A stretch of DNA of 32,000 bases, taken from the NCBI GenBank assembly GCA_019056805.1, contig DXJG01000009.1, positions 93,710 to 125,709 on the forward strand, written 5' to 3'. A program made the position numbers and the translations under genes. Source of the stretch: Candidatus Baldrarchaeota archaeon. Its GTDB lineage: Archaea > Asgardarchaeota > Baldrarchaeia > Baldrarchaeales > DXJG01. Numbering within the stretch: the stretch's first letter is position 1; every line of letters begins with the position of its first letter. Shown piece by piece: positions 1-8,353 of the stretch. The notes under the pieces were generated by a model that worked only from the letters and a program-made list of their open reading frames with translations, was not told the origin of the DNA and made no database searches.

Positions 1-17
1 CTTAAAACACGTTCTTT

Positions 18-977
18 ATGGTGGGTGCTTATTTGAAAACTGTGATACTTGCAGCTGGCCCCGGACAAAGATTAGGAAATCTTACCAAATATATTCCCAA
101 ACCTCTCCTTCCTGTAGCCAATAGACCAATAATTGAAAGACTACTTAAAGCTTTAGAAAATACAGGAATTAAAGATATCATAATAGTGGTAGGTCATCTA
201 GGTGACAAGATAATTAAGGAAATAGACGCTTTCGAAAATCTAAATTTACAAATTAAATACATAAAGGCCAAAGAATATATGAAAGGCCCAATATTTTCTT
301 TTCTATCAGCCATAAGCGAACTAATGGGAGAAGATTTCATTTTATGTCCAGCAGACTGTTTAGTAAGTCCACATACCATAAAAAAGCTTTTAGAAGATGC
401 AAAAAACAAAACAACTCTTACCGTCTGTACACATGCAAAAGAAGGATCAACGGTATATATTGGAAACAATCTAGAAGTGAAAGGAGTTGTCGTTCCTGTT
501 AAGAAATGGGCAAAAACTGCAAAATCCATAGGAATAATGTATGCAACCTCAGAATTTCTAAAATATGTGGAAAAAGCGGTGGAAAAAGGAAAAACAAAGA
601 TAATCGATGCAATAAACATAGCAATTAAAGAAGAAATGGAGATTAAGGCAACATATGTTAGAGATCAGAATTGGTTTGATGTAGATGATGTATCAACACT
701 ATTGGAAGCAAACAAACATTATCTAGAGAACTTACTTCATACCGATAGTAAATGGAATATACCCAATGTAAAAATAATCCCTCCAGTTCTATTGGGAGAT
801 GAAGTGAGCATAGAGGGGAATTGCGAAATAGGACCCTATGTATCCATTGATAAAAAAGTGCAAATTGGAGAAAAATGTAAACTAAAAAACATAATAGTCC
901 TAAAAGAATCAAAAATACCACCAAAAAAAGTACTTTTTGATGGTGTTTTTTATAAAAATGATTTTTACAGTAAGTAG
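18..977 (+). CDS. Sugar-phosphate nucleotidyltransferase (NTP_transferase domain plus short C-terminal left-handed beta-helix)
   Basis: N-terminal ILAAGPGQRLGNLTKYIPKPLLPVANRP signature, WFDVDD metal-binding region, hexapeptide-like repeats at the C-terminus (VLLGDEVSIEGNCEIGPYVSI). The true start may be the TTG at 33. Confidence 0.85.
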   Translation: MVGAYLKTVILAAGPGQRLGNLTKYIPKPLLPVANRPIIERLLKALENTGIKDIIIVVGHLGDKIIKEIDAFENLNLQIKYIKAKEYMKGPIFSFLSAISELMGEDFILCPADCLVSPHTIKKLLEDAKNKTTLTVCTHAKEGSTVYIGNNLEVKGVVVPVKKWAKTAKSIGIMYATSEFLKYVEKAVEKGKTKIIDAINIAIKEEMEIKATYVRDQNWFDVDDVSTLLEANKHYLENLLHTDSKWNIPNVKIIPPVLLGDEVSIEGNCEIGPYVSIDKKVQIGEKCKLKNIIVLKESKIPPKKVLFDGVFYKNDFYSK

Positions 978-987
978 AGGGGTAGAT

Positions 988-1599
988 ATGTCTAAAATAC
1001 GAGTAAAACGATTATTTTATCCGCTAATCAGAAAAATTGCACAAAAGCTTGTAACAACACCAATAACACCAAATTTTCTAACCATTATATCATTTTTAAC
1101 ATTAATAGTAGCAACTCTTTCTATTGTTTATCAACAATTTGTAATTGGTGGACTTTTGATATTTCTAGGTGGATTTTTGGACGGATTAGACGGAGAACTA
1201 GCTAGAATAACAAACAAAACGTCGAAGAAAGGAGCTTTTCTAGATTCGGTAACTGATAGGTACGGAGATTTAATATTATTATTAGGTTTTCTTTTCTACA
1301 ACGAAATTAATATTTTAGTAGATTATAATTTTTGGATAATATTAACAATTATAGGAACCTTTATGACAAGTTATGCAAGAGCTAGAGGAGAAGCACTAGG
1401 AGTAGAAAAGACGAATGTTGGACTAATGGCTCGATCAGAACGGTTATTTACTCTGTTTATTGCATGTGAACTAAGCATTTTCAATTCAAACATAGTAGCA
1501 TATACAATAGTAATTTTGGCATTTTTAACAAACCTAACAGCCCTATATAGAATTTATCTAATTATGAAACAATTAACTAGAACAGAAAACAGAGATTAG
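988..1599 (+). CDS. pgsA: CDP-alcohol phosphatidyltransferase, probably archaetidylinositol-phosphate synthase type
   Basis: Complete DxxDGxxARx8GxxxDxxxD motif (DGLDGELARITNKTSKKGAFLDSVTD), TPNxLT motif, RSER motif and several TM helices. Start refined to the ATG at 988 after a GAGGGG SD. Confidence 0.88.
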   Translation: MSKIRVKRLFYPLIRKIAQKLVTTPITPNFLTIISFLTLIVATLSIVYQQFVIGGLLIFLGGFLDGLDGELARITNKTSKKGAFLDSVTDRYGDLILLLGFLFYNEINILVDYNFWIILTIIGTFMTSYARARGEALGVEKTNVGLMARSERLFTLFIACELSIFNSNIVAYTIVILAFLTNLTALYRIYLIMKQLTRTENRD

Positions 1600-2303
1600 C
1601 TTTTTATCCATATAACCCTCTTTTCATTCTCCCCTAATCTCTGTACATAGAAACAACGAAGACCAAATTCCCAAGCAATTTTAAATAGAGAAAGTACACA
1701 CACGCGAGAACCACAAGTTAAATCAAGAATAACCTCATGAGTAGCAACTTCCTTTTCAATAATAGCCCTAATTTTACGATAAACTTCCTCAAAATCTTCT
1801 TCTAAAACATGTTCCTCAAATTCCTCGAAAACGACATCCTCAGGGACACCAGCAATTTTCCTCTTAAAATTACTCGAAATAACAAAAATGTATTTTGAAG
1901 GAACTAAGTTATTATCGTTCTTTAAAACTCTACGCATACCACGTACATGCTCTGGGTCATCAAGCCCTCCTACACAAACAATTGGAACACTAATACCAAA
2001 ATATTTTCTAACAAGTTGAATTTTCTCAGGTACTATTTCAGCAAATTTAGCTTTCCAGTTATCCCTACCACGATTTCTCCTAATTAAACCAGCATTTTCC
2101 AAAGCCTGAAGATTGAAATATAACATGGCATCAGATATTTCGGTAATAGGACGATTAAAAGCAACAGCTAGAGCATGTCTTAATTCAACACCACTCTTTG
2201 GCCCATCCAGTAATTTCTTTAAAATAATTCTTCGCGCCTCAACCCCTCCAATAACGTCTTCGACCTCAACAACCTCAGAGGTAACAACCACAATAACCAC
2301 CAC
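1596..2303 (-). CDS. Transcriptional regulator with N-terminal winged HTH and C-terminal CARF-like Rossmann domain
   Basis: wHTH: RRIILKKLLDGPKSGVEL...LYFNLQALENAGLI. The C-terminal half has CARF-type elements IVCVGGLDDPEH and DFEEVYRKIRAIIEKE..EVILDLTCGSRVCVLSLFKIAWEFGLRCFYV, matching the DxTxGxR/K motif of Csa3/Csx1-type CARF domains. Exact start uncertain. Confidence 0.7.
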   Translation of the reverse strand: MVVIVVVTSEVVEVEDVIGGVEARRIILKKLLDGPKSGVELRHALAVAFNRPITEISDAMLYFNLQALENAGLIRRNRGRDNWKAKFAEIVPEKIQLVRKYFGISVPIVCVGGLDDPEHVRGMRRVLKNDNNLVPSKYIFVISSNFKRKIAGVPEDVVFEEFEEHVLEEDFEEVYRKIRAIIEKEVATHEVILDLTCGSRVCVLSLFKIAWEFGLRCFYVQRLGENEKRVIWIKS

Positions 2304-2359
2304 ATCTACTGCTCAAATCTTTAAATTCGTAAGGGTGTAGAACCGTATTCACAAAACAT

Positions 2360-2517
2360 TATAGTAACAAATATTACAACAAAATAATAAGCAAAACATA
2401 AATATATATTTTACGATTTGCGAGCAAAGGGAAATCACCCATATTTTGACTCTATGGAAAGTATAATCAACAGAGTAGTTATTGAATTAAAAACTATACG
2501 GTATAGTAACAAATATT
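2360..2517. repeat. Exact 16-bp direct repeat TATAGTAACAAATATT (2360-2375 and 2502-2517), plus perfect inverted repeat ACTATAC-G-GTATAGT (2493-2507)
   Basis: Read directly from the sequence in the divergent intergenic region. Confidence 0.8.
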
Positions 2518-2603
2518 TTCTTCTACGACAAAATACTGACAAAGAATGCATATATCTAGTCAAAGACAAGTTTTCAACTTTTTCTTAAAGATCTTTTTAA
2601 TCT

Positions 2604-2625
2604 ATATAGATGATATCGTCTATAT
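2604..2625. promoter_or_regulatory. 22-bp palindrome ATATAGATGATATCGTCTATAT (one mismatch), candidate operator
   Basis: 10 of 11 pairs are complementary; it lies immediately upstream of the BRE/TATA of the actin gene. Confidence 0.5.
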
Positions 2626-2635
2626 CGACGACTGC

Positions 2636-2657
2636 CGAAAAAACTTATTATATAAAG
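2636..2657 (+). promoter_or_regulatory. BRE/TATA promoter of the actin gene
   Basis: CGAAAAAA followed by CTTATTATATAAAG; GGAGG SD at 2694-2698 ahead of the ATG at 2710. Confidence 0.6.
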
Positions 2658-2709
2658 CTGGTAATAGAATTACAACACTAAAATAAAATTTGTGGAGGAT
2701 TAAATAAAA

Positions 2710-3858
2710 ATGACGGAAGAATTATTTCCTGGAAAACCCATAGTTATCGATAATGGAAGTGGTTTTACCAAGAATGGATACGCAGGGGAAGATCAGCCTA
2801 GAAGCGTTTTTCCAACAGTTATAGGCTATCCAAAATACACCAGTGTAATGACAGATGTCGAACACTACACACGTTCATATTACATCGGAGAAGAAGCTCT
2901 AAACCTAAGAGGAGTTTTAAGAATCGAATACCCAATAGAACACGGAATAATTAAAGATTGGGACGCTATGGAAAAAATCTGGCACTACACATTCTTCAAC
3001 GATCTACGAGTTGATCCCTCAGAACATCCAACACTACTTACAGAACCACCATTAAATCCAAGGAAAAACAGAGAAAAAATGGCTGAAATAATGTTTGAAA
3101 CATTCAACGTACCAGCCATGTACGTATCAATGCAAGCAGTATTAAGCTTATATGCATCAGGAAGAACAACAGGACTTGTAATCGACAGCGGAGACGGAGT
3201 TACCCACATTGTACCAATCTACGAAGGTTTCGCACTCACCCATGCAATCAACAGAATAGATCTAGGTGGAAGAGACGTCACTGAATACTTAAGAAGACTA
3301 CTTAGAGAAAGAGGATACGCCCTAATAAGCAGTGCAGAAAGAGAAATCGTAAGAGACATAAAAGAGAAATTATGTTACGTAGCAGTAGACCCAGAAAAAG
3401 AACTAAAACTAGCTGAAAAAGTTTCACCAGAAAAGACGTACACATTACCAGATGGAAGTAGCCTAGTAATAGGAACAGAAAGATTCTTAGCACCAGAAAT
3501 AATGTTCGACCCCTCGCTAATAGGAAAAGAAGAAATGGCAATCCACGAAGCCATAATGGACAGCATAATGAAATGTGACGTAGACGTAAGAAGAGACATG
3601 CTAGCCAATATAGTTCTATCAGGCGGATCCACAATGTTCCCAGGTCTTAAAGAAAGACTACACAAAGAAATCACCGAGGCTCTAGCTGAACGTGGTATAA
3701 CAGGTGTAGAAGTAAAAATAGTTGCACCACCAGAACGACAATTCTCCGTATGGATCGGCGGTTCTATCTTGGCAAGTCTCAAAACATTCCAAAAACTATG
3801 GATAACAAAGAAAGAATACCAAGAAGTAGGACCACAAGTAATCCACAGAACAATATAA
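2710..3858 (+). CDS. Actin (Asgard lokiactin-like, eukaryotic-type actin)
   Basis: [104 protein letters not shown] and [12 protein letters not shown] follow eukaryotic actin closely, not MreB, FtsA or crenactin. Confidence 0.97.
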   Translation: MTEELFPGKPIVIDNGSGFTKNGYAGEDQPRSVFPTVIGYPKYTSVMTDVEHYTRSYYIGEEALNLRGVLRIEYPIEHGIIKDWDAMEKIWHYTFFNDLRVDPSEHPTLLTEPPLNPRKNREKMAEIMFETFNVPAMYVSMQAVLSLYASGRTTGLVIDSGDGVTHIVPIYEGFALTHAINRIDLGGRDVTEYLRRLLRERGYALISSAEREIVRDIKEKLCYVAVDPEKELKLAEKVSPEKTYTLPDGSSLVIGTERFLAPEIMFDPSLIGKEEMAIHEAIMDSIMKCDVDVRRDMLANIVLSGGSTMFPGLKERLHKEITEALAERGITGVEVKIVAPPERQFSVWIGGSILASLKTFQKLWITKKEYQEVGPQVIHRTI

Positions 3859-3868
3859 ACAAACATCA

Positions 3869-3892
3869 TTTTGTTTCTTTTTATTTTTATTT
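3869..3892 (+). terminator. Oligo-T archaeal terminator after actin
   Basis: TTTTGTTTCTTTTTATTTTTATTT starting about 10 nt after the stop codon. Confidence 0.55.
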
Positions 3893-4197
3893 AACCGGGT
3901 TTTTGGTACTATTAACTCTTCAAAAATCAAGAGTTTTGAAGTAATCTTCATTTTCAGGCTTTGATTAAAATTGGCAAAGTTCATAACTTAATAAAGATAT
4001 GTTGACCTATATCAAAAACGTCTTTTTAATTTTTAAATTTAATACCATTCTCTCTTTTGCTTAGTAGTTCTTTCTCCTATTGTAATTTTAACAATATTTT
4101 TATTTTGTAGATGTTTTTGCTTCTTGTCTTTTAGTTATATTTTGTACGCGGCATTGAACCTAAACTAAATTAAAAGGAAATAAAGAGGGAAATCTGT

Positions 4198-5118
4198 ATG
4201 TCCTCTAGAAAGTATATTATAAGTAGATTATTTGACTCCATCTTAATTTACATTGTTGATTTCTTTCTATGCTTTCTCCTACTCTTCTATATTCCTATTC
4301 GAAGCAGAGGTATATCAATCAACATTTGGTACCTTTTTATGCTTTATTTAAGGTTAATTTTCATCGAAAAATTTGGCAAATCTGTATGGGGATACCCTGT
4401 TCTTGAAGTCGTAAAAATTGGACTTTTTCGAACTATTTTAATCCTTCTACCAGCAATATTATTTGCAACAGTTATAGGCTATTTTCTCGGAGTTAGAGCC
4501 GCTTGGAAAAGGAAAAGTATAGAAGAAACATTTTCATCCAGCTTCTGGCTTCTATGCTATGGTTTACCAGTTTTCTCAACCGGCTTACTATTTGTAATAA
4601 TCTTTTCAGTAGAGCTTGACTTACTCCCTATATACGGGCTACAAACACCAGCAGTAGCATATAAAAACTGGGTTGAATACGTCATTGACACAGTAAGACA
4701 TCTAGTACTCCCCATAGCTGCTCTTACATTAACCACAACAGGCATATTTTTCCTAATTATGAAAAGCTCTGTTCTAAGGACATTAAATGAAAATTTCATT
4801 CAAACAGCTAAAGCAAAGGGTCTAAGCGACAACCAAATTATGTACAAACACGCCGCAAGAGCATCCTTATCTTCCGCTATTGATATCTTTGGACTAAGCA
4901 TAGTTTTACTCTCAACAAGCGAAATACTCGTTGAATATACATTTTCCATTTACGGACTAGGGCTCATACTTTACCGCGCCATCGCTGGTCTAGAATATCT
5001 AAACATCGGGGTAGCTAGTTTCCTACTATACTCTGCCATTATAATAGCTGTAAGCTTTCTACTAGATATCATCAGATCCTTCATAGATCCAAGAATTACA
5101 ACGGAGGTTGAAAAATGA
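4198..5118 (+). CDS. dppB: ABC peptide/nickel transporter permease (OppB/DppB family)
   Basis: HLVLPIAAL, EAA-like loop LNENFIQTAKAKGLSD and C-terminal FIDPRI. Confidence 0.88.
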   Translation: MSSRKYIISRLFDSILIYIVDFFLCFLLLFYIPIRSRGISINIWYLFMLYLRLIFIEKFGKSVWGYPVLEVVKIGLFRTILILLPAILFATVIGYFLGVRAAWKRKSIEETFSSSFWLLCYGLPVFSTGLLFVIIFSVELDLLPIYGLQTPAVAYKNWVEYVIDTVRHLVLPIAALTLTTTGIFFLIMKSSVLRTLNENFIQTAKAKGLSDNQIMYKHAARASLSSAIDIFGLSIVLLSTSEILVEYTFSIYGLGLILYRAIAGLEYLNIGVASFLLYSAIIIAVSFLLDIIRSFIDPRITTEVEK

Positions 5119-5984
5119 TAACAAAATCTAAAATATTATTTAAATTTCTCAAAAATAGGAAAACCATAACAAGCCTTGCTATCATTTCAACTTATATCAT
5201 ATTTTCTATTTTTGCTCTCTTTATTGACACATCACAACTATTTTCCACTGAATTCTTTAAACCACCATCTTCCAAACACATACTTGGCACCGACGGCCTC
5301 GGAAGAGACATTTTATTAATTTTAATAGACTACACTCCATATACGATTGCTAGCGCATTCGCAGCAACTCTAATTGCGCTTGTCATCGGTTTAATAGTGG
5401 GTTTAATTTCAGGTTACTATTCTGGTAAATGGTTTGCTAGACTACTAGACAGAATAACAGACATAATCCTTAGCCTACCAATAATTATAGTAATTGGCGT
5501 AATATTTATAGAAGAAGCACCAAACATCATAGGACTCATATTAATAACGGGACTATTCAGCTGGCCTATAACTGCCAAAGCCGTAAGAGGACAAGTACTA
5601 GTAGTTAGAGAAAAAACATACGTAGAAGCTTCAAAAGCCATCGGCACAAGCGACAAACACATAATGTTCAAAGTAATTTTACCCGATGCAGCACCAGTAG
5701 CGGCAGCATCTCTCATATACACCGCCGCCCTAATAGTACTACTCCAAGCAGGATTAGCATTCTTAGGATTCAAATGGACCATTGGAGGAACAGAAGCCCG
5801 CACCCCATACACCTTCACTTGGGGTGGATTCCTAGGTTTCCAAGGAATATTCGCAGCAACAGCAATAGGTGCTTGGTGGGTCATAGTACCCCCAGCTTTA
5901 TGCCTATCCCTTCTAATATTATCCATCGGAATGTTAGGAATCGCAATAAGCGAAACACTAAGCCCAGAACAAAATAGATTCTAG
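5115..5984 (+). CDS. dppC: ABC peptide/nickel transporter permease (OppC/DppC family)
   Basis: PPSSKHILGTDGLGRD, EAA loop YVEASKAIGTSD and WWVIVPP; ATGA overlap with dppB. Confidence 0.9.
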   Translation: MITKSKILFKFLKNRKTITSLAIISTYIIFSIFALFIDTSQLFSTEFFKPPSSKHILGTDGLGRDILLILIDYTPYTIASAFAATLIALVIGLIVGLISGYYSGKWFARLLDRITDIILSLPIIIVIGVIFIEEAPNIIGLILITGLFSWPITAKAVRGQVLVVREKTYVEASKAIGTSDKHIMFKVILPDAAPVAAASLIYTAALIVLLQAGLAFLGFKWTIGGTEARTPYTFTWGGFLGFQGIFAATAIGAWWVIVPPALCLSLLILSIGMLGIAISETLSPEQNRF

Positions 5985-6063
5985 AACCTAAACCTAAAGT
6001 ATCTAAAATAAACACGTCTAGGAACCATTAGAAGAAATAATAGGAATAACAAAGTGGAGCGTC

Positions 6064-6594
6064 TTGTTTGTGGACATCGGAATTTTCTCAATAAATTTAA
6101 AGAACAACTTCGCTGCCCTCTTAAAATCGATCAATATCGTTAAATTTCGATGCATCCACTGCGGGCTTTGTTGCAGATTAGGCGGGCCCCGTTTAACAAC
6201 TTTCGATATTAAAATACTGGAAAATACTGGTTACGACAGTAAACTCTTCTTAAATCCTTTAAAAGAAACTAAAAAGACATATAAAGGTAAAAAAGCAATG
6301 CAAGGTATCTTAAAAAGTAAGCTTAATGGAGAATGTATTTTTCTAAAGAGAAATCCTAACTCTGAAAAATATTTTTGTTCAATCTATGAGCACAGACCCA
6401 TTTTATGCAGACTGTACCCTTTTGACTGGGAACTAATAAAAACCGAAAACGAACACATCATAATTCTGTTGAAACTTCTTTCCAGTTGCTTGGGTATCAA
6501 CGTTAAAAACGGAGAGCCTGTTGATGCATTATTCTTAAGAAAATACCTAGCCGATAGTATCAATAAATTATTTAGAATTACAAACTTAACATAA
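6064..6594 (+). CDS. YkgJ-family cysteine-cluster (zinc/iron-chelating) protein
   Basis: FRCIHCGLCC, ECIFL and CSIYEHRPILCRLYPF motifs. Confidence 0.85.
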   Translation: MFVDIGIFSINLKNNFAALLKSINIVKFRCIHCGLCCRLGGPRLTTFDIKILENTGYDSKLFLNPLKETKKTYKGKKAMQGILKSKLNGECIFLKRNPNSEKYFCSIYEHRPILCRLYPFDWELIKTENEHIIILLKLLSSCLGINVKNGEPVDALFLRKYLADSINKLFRITNLT

Positions 6595-6644
6595 CCCAGT
6601 AGGAGGTCATTAAAAGTAGATCTAAATTTTCGAGGGAAAACTAA

Positions 6645-7112
6645 ATGGATAAAACTCAACGTATAAATCTATTCAAAAAATGTTTGAAAAACGTAGCAGA
6701 AGAATCAATGGGCGGACTTATACATTTCTATACAAAAGAAGCTTTACAAGGACCTCCAAACGGATGCTTTGTTCAGTTTGCAGGTGGAATCGAAGGATTA
6801 GCATGCGACATACCCATAATATGGCTTTCAAAAGAAGAAATAGAAAAAATCAGAAAAATACCAGAATTTTTTGAAGCAAAAGAAATAGGATCCTTCCAAG
6901 CATACTTCGGAGTCAGCGACGAAGACATAGAAAAAATGGCAAACCTAACAGAAAAAATATTTACAGAAATATACAATCTACCGCCCAACTATGAAATAAT
7001 CGCCGAATACACAATAAATCAAAAAACAGGAATCAGAATATACCCAGATGGGAAAGAAGAAAAAATAAACTGGATAAAGGAATCTCTACTAAGAAAACTA
7101 AAACTAATCTAA
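6645..7112 (+). CDS. Hypothetical protein
   Basis: 155-aa ORF with upstream GAGGG SD and codon style like its neighbours; no family confidently recognised. Confidence 0.7.
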   Translation: MDKTQRINLFKKCLKNVAEESMGGLIHFYTKEALQGPPNGCFVQFAGGIEGLACDIPIIWLSKEEIEKIRKIPEFFEAKEIGSFQAYFGVSDEDIEKMANLTEKIFTEIYNLPPNYEIIAEYTINQKTGIRIYPDGKEEKINWIKESLLRKLKLI

Positions 7113-7272
7113 GCATAAAGTGATATTTCATAAAATCTTGTTATCAAGTTAACAAGACGATTTCGTGAAACAAGCCTTTTACGACATAGCAACATTAAAA
7201 CACGCATCAAAATTAATCTAAGACGAGTAAATTTTAGTAAAATTTAAATGTTAAGCCATATAATTGCTATTT

Positions 7273-7360
7273 GGGGGATGAAGAACCGCCACTAATGCTG
7301 CAATCTTCCAGAATGAGATGTTTAAAGAAAGGGTGATGACCGCACCCTTTTCAGACCCCT
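7273..7360 (+). ncRNA. Candidate C/D-box-like (K-turn-closed) small RNA
   Basis: TTTAAA TATA at 7243-7248 about 25 nt upstream; terminal stem GGGG/CCCC; C-like AUGAAGA paired with D-like CAGA; perfect internal C-prime GUGAUGA; internal hairpin AAAGGGUG/CACCCUUU; pyrimidine-rich run downstream; GC-rich island in AT-rich intergenic DNA. Confidence 0.55.
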
Positions 7361-7425
7361 TCCCTTACGCGTTTTCCTCTGTTTTATGAAGTATTGAGGT
7401 GTAGTAGTCGTAATTTACATGTCAG

Positions 7426-7986
7426 ATGATGAAAATGAGAAATAATCTTAAGAGTAAGAAGCTTAAGCGAATTTCCTTTGATAGGAAATATGCTATTGAT
7501 ATTTTACTAGGTATTAAAAGGGCTACGATAAGAAAGACAAATAAGGGGTTAAATTCCGGAGATGTTGTAGAATTTTATACTAGGGGCCCTAGGGGTAGGT
7601 TAATAGGTTGGGGGAAAGTAAAAAGGATAGTTAGGAAGAAAGTTTCGGAGTTAAGCGATCGTGATATAATGCTTGAAGGGTTTAGTGACCGGGGAAACCT
7701 TTTGTCTGTTCTTTCCTCTCATTACAAGGGTATTCAAGATGAAGATGAGATATTTCTAATAGAGTTTGAACTTGAAAAGCCGAGCATCTCCTTTTCTAAG
7801 GAAGTTTTTTCAAAAATTGCTAAGTTAGCCTTAGATAGAGATTTGAAGCTTTCTCAAAGTGACAAGAAATTGCTGGAATATTTTCTAAAAACGTCCAAAA
7901 AAGATAAAATTATTCTTAGCACGGATCTAAGGGATGTTATACGTAAAATATATGTTAAGTTAAGATCTGAGGAGTTTTCTTCTTGA
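7426..7986 (+). CDS. ASCH (PUA-like) domain protein with C-terminal helical extension
   Basis: ISFDRKYAIDILLGIKRATIR...GDVVEF and ELSDRDIMLEGF motifs. Confidence 0.82.
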   Translation: MMKMRNNLKSKKLKRISFDRKYAIDILLGIKRATIRKTNKGLNSGDVVEFYTRGPRGRLIGWGKVKRIVRKKVSELSDRDIMLEGFSDRGNLLSVLSSHYKGIQDEDEIFLIEFELEKPSISFSKEVFSKIAKLALDRDLKLSQSDKKLLEYFLKTSKKDKIILSTDLRDVIRKIYVKLRSEEFSS

Positions 7987-8352
7987 TTTTGCTTCTTCGA
8001 TTAGTTTTTTAATAAAAATTTCTATTTCTTTACAGTGTTTCTTAATTTCATTTCCAGTTACAGTGTGGCTCATGGGGCAGTCTTCATCAACTAAGCAGGT
8101 TTTTTCACGTATTGAGTAGATTATTGGGTAAAATTTACATCCTGTTGGTCTATGATCGTATATTTTACATTTCATTGTTTCCGGGTTGAGAAAGAAGCAA
8201 TGTCCATTGATGTTTTTTAGAAAAATGAAACCTTGTTTTTCTACTGTAAATTCTTTCCTAGAGTAGCCGAGAGACTCTAAACGTTTTATATCATCTTCAG
8301 AGAGTAGCATTTCGGTGTTTAAGCAACATTGACCGCACCTTTTACACTGCAT
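7960..8352 (-). CDS. YkgJ-family cysteine-cluster protein (second copy)
   Basis: CKRCGQCC, GHCFFL and CKIYDHRPTGCKFYP; start refined to the ATG at 8352 after a GAAGGTGA SD; abuts the stop of the upstream radical SAM gene. Confidence 0.87.
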   Translation of the reverse strand: MQCKRCGQCCLNTEMLLSEDDIKRLESLGYSRKEFTVEKQGFIFLKNINGHCFFLNPETMKCKIYDHRPTGCKFYPIIYSIREKTCLVDEDCPMSHTVTGNEIKKHCKEIEIFIKKLIEEAKSRRKLLRS

Positions 8353-8353
8353 T

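Noticed and set aside
937-987. Longer N-terminus for pgsA as given in the ORF track
   Set aside because: It overlaps the upstream gene and lacks an SD; the ATG at 988 follows a GAGGGG SD.
18-1599. IPCT/DIPPS pair for di-myo-inositol-phosphate synthesis
   Set aside because: The nucleotidyltransferase has a C-terminal beta-helix typical of sugar-1-phosphate nucleotidyltransferases rather than IPCT; the phosphotransferase fits a lipid headgroup synthase at least as well. Not excluded, but unsupported.
3917-3941. Nested inverted repeats (AACTCTT/AAGAGTT, CTTCAAAA/TTTTGAAG) downstream of actin
   Set aside because: Short AT-rich arms with no supporting context; compatible with chance.
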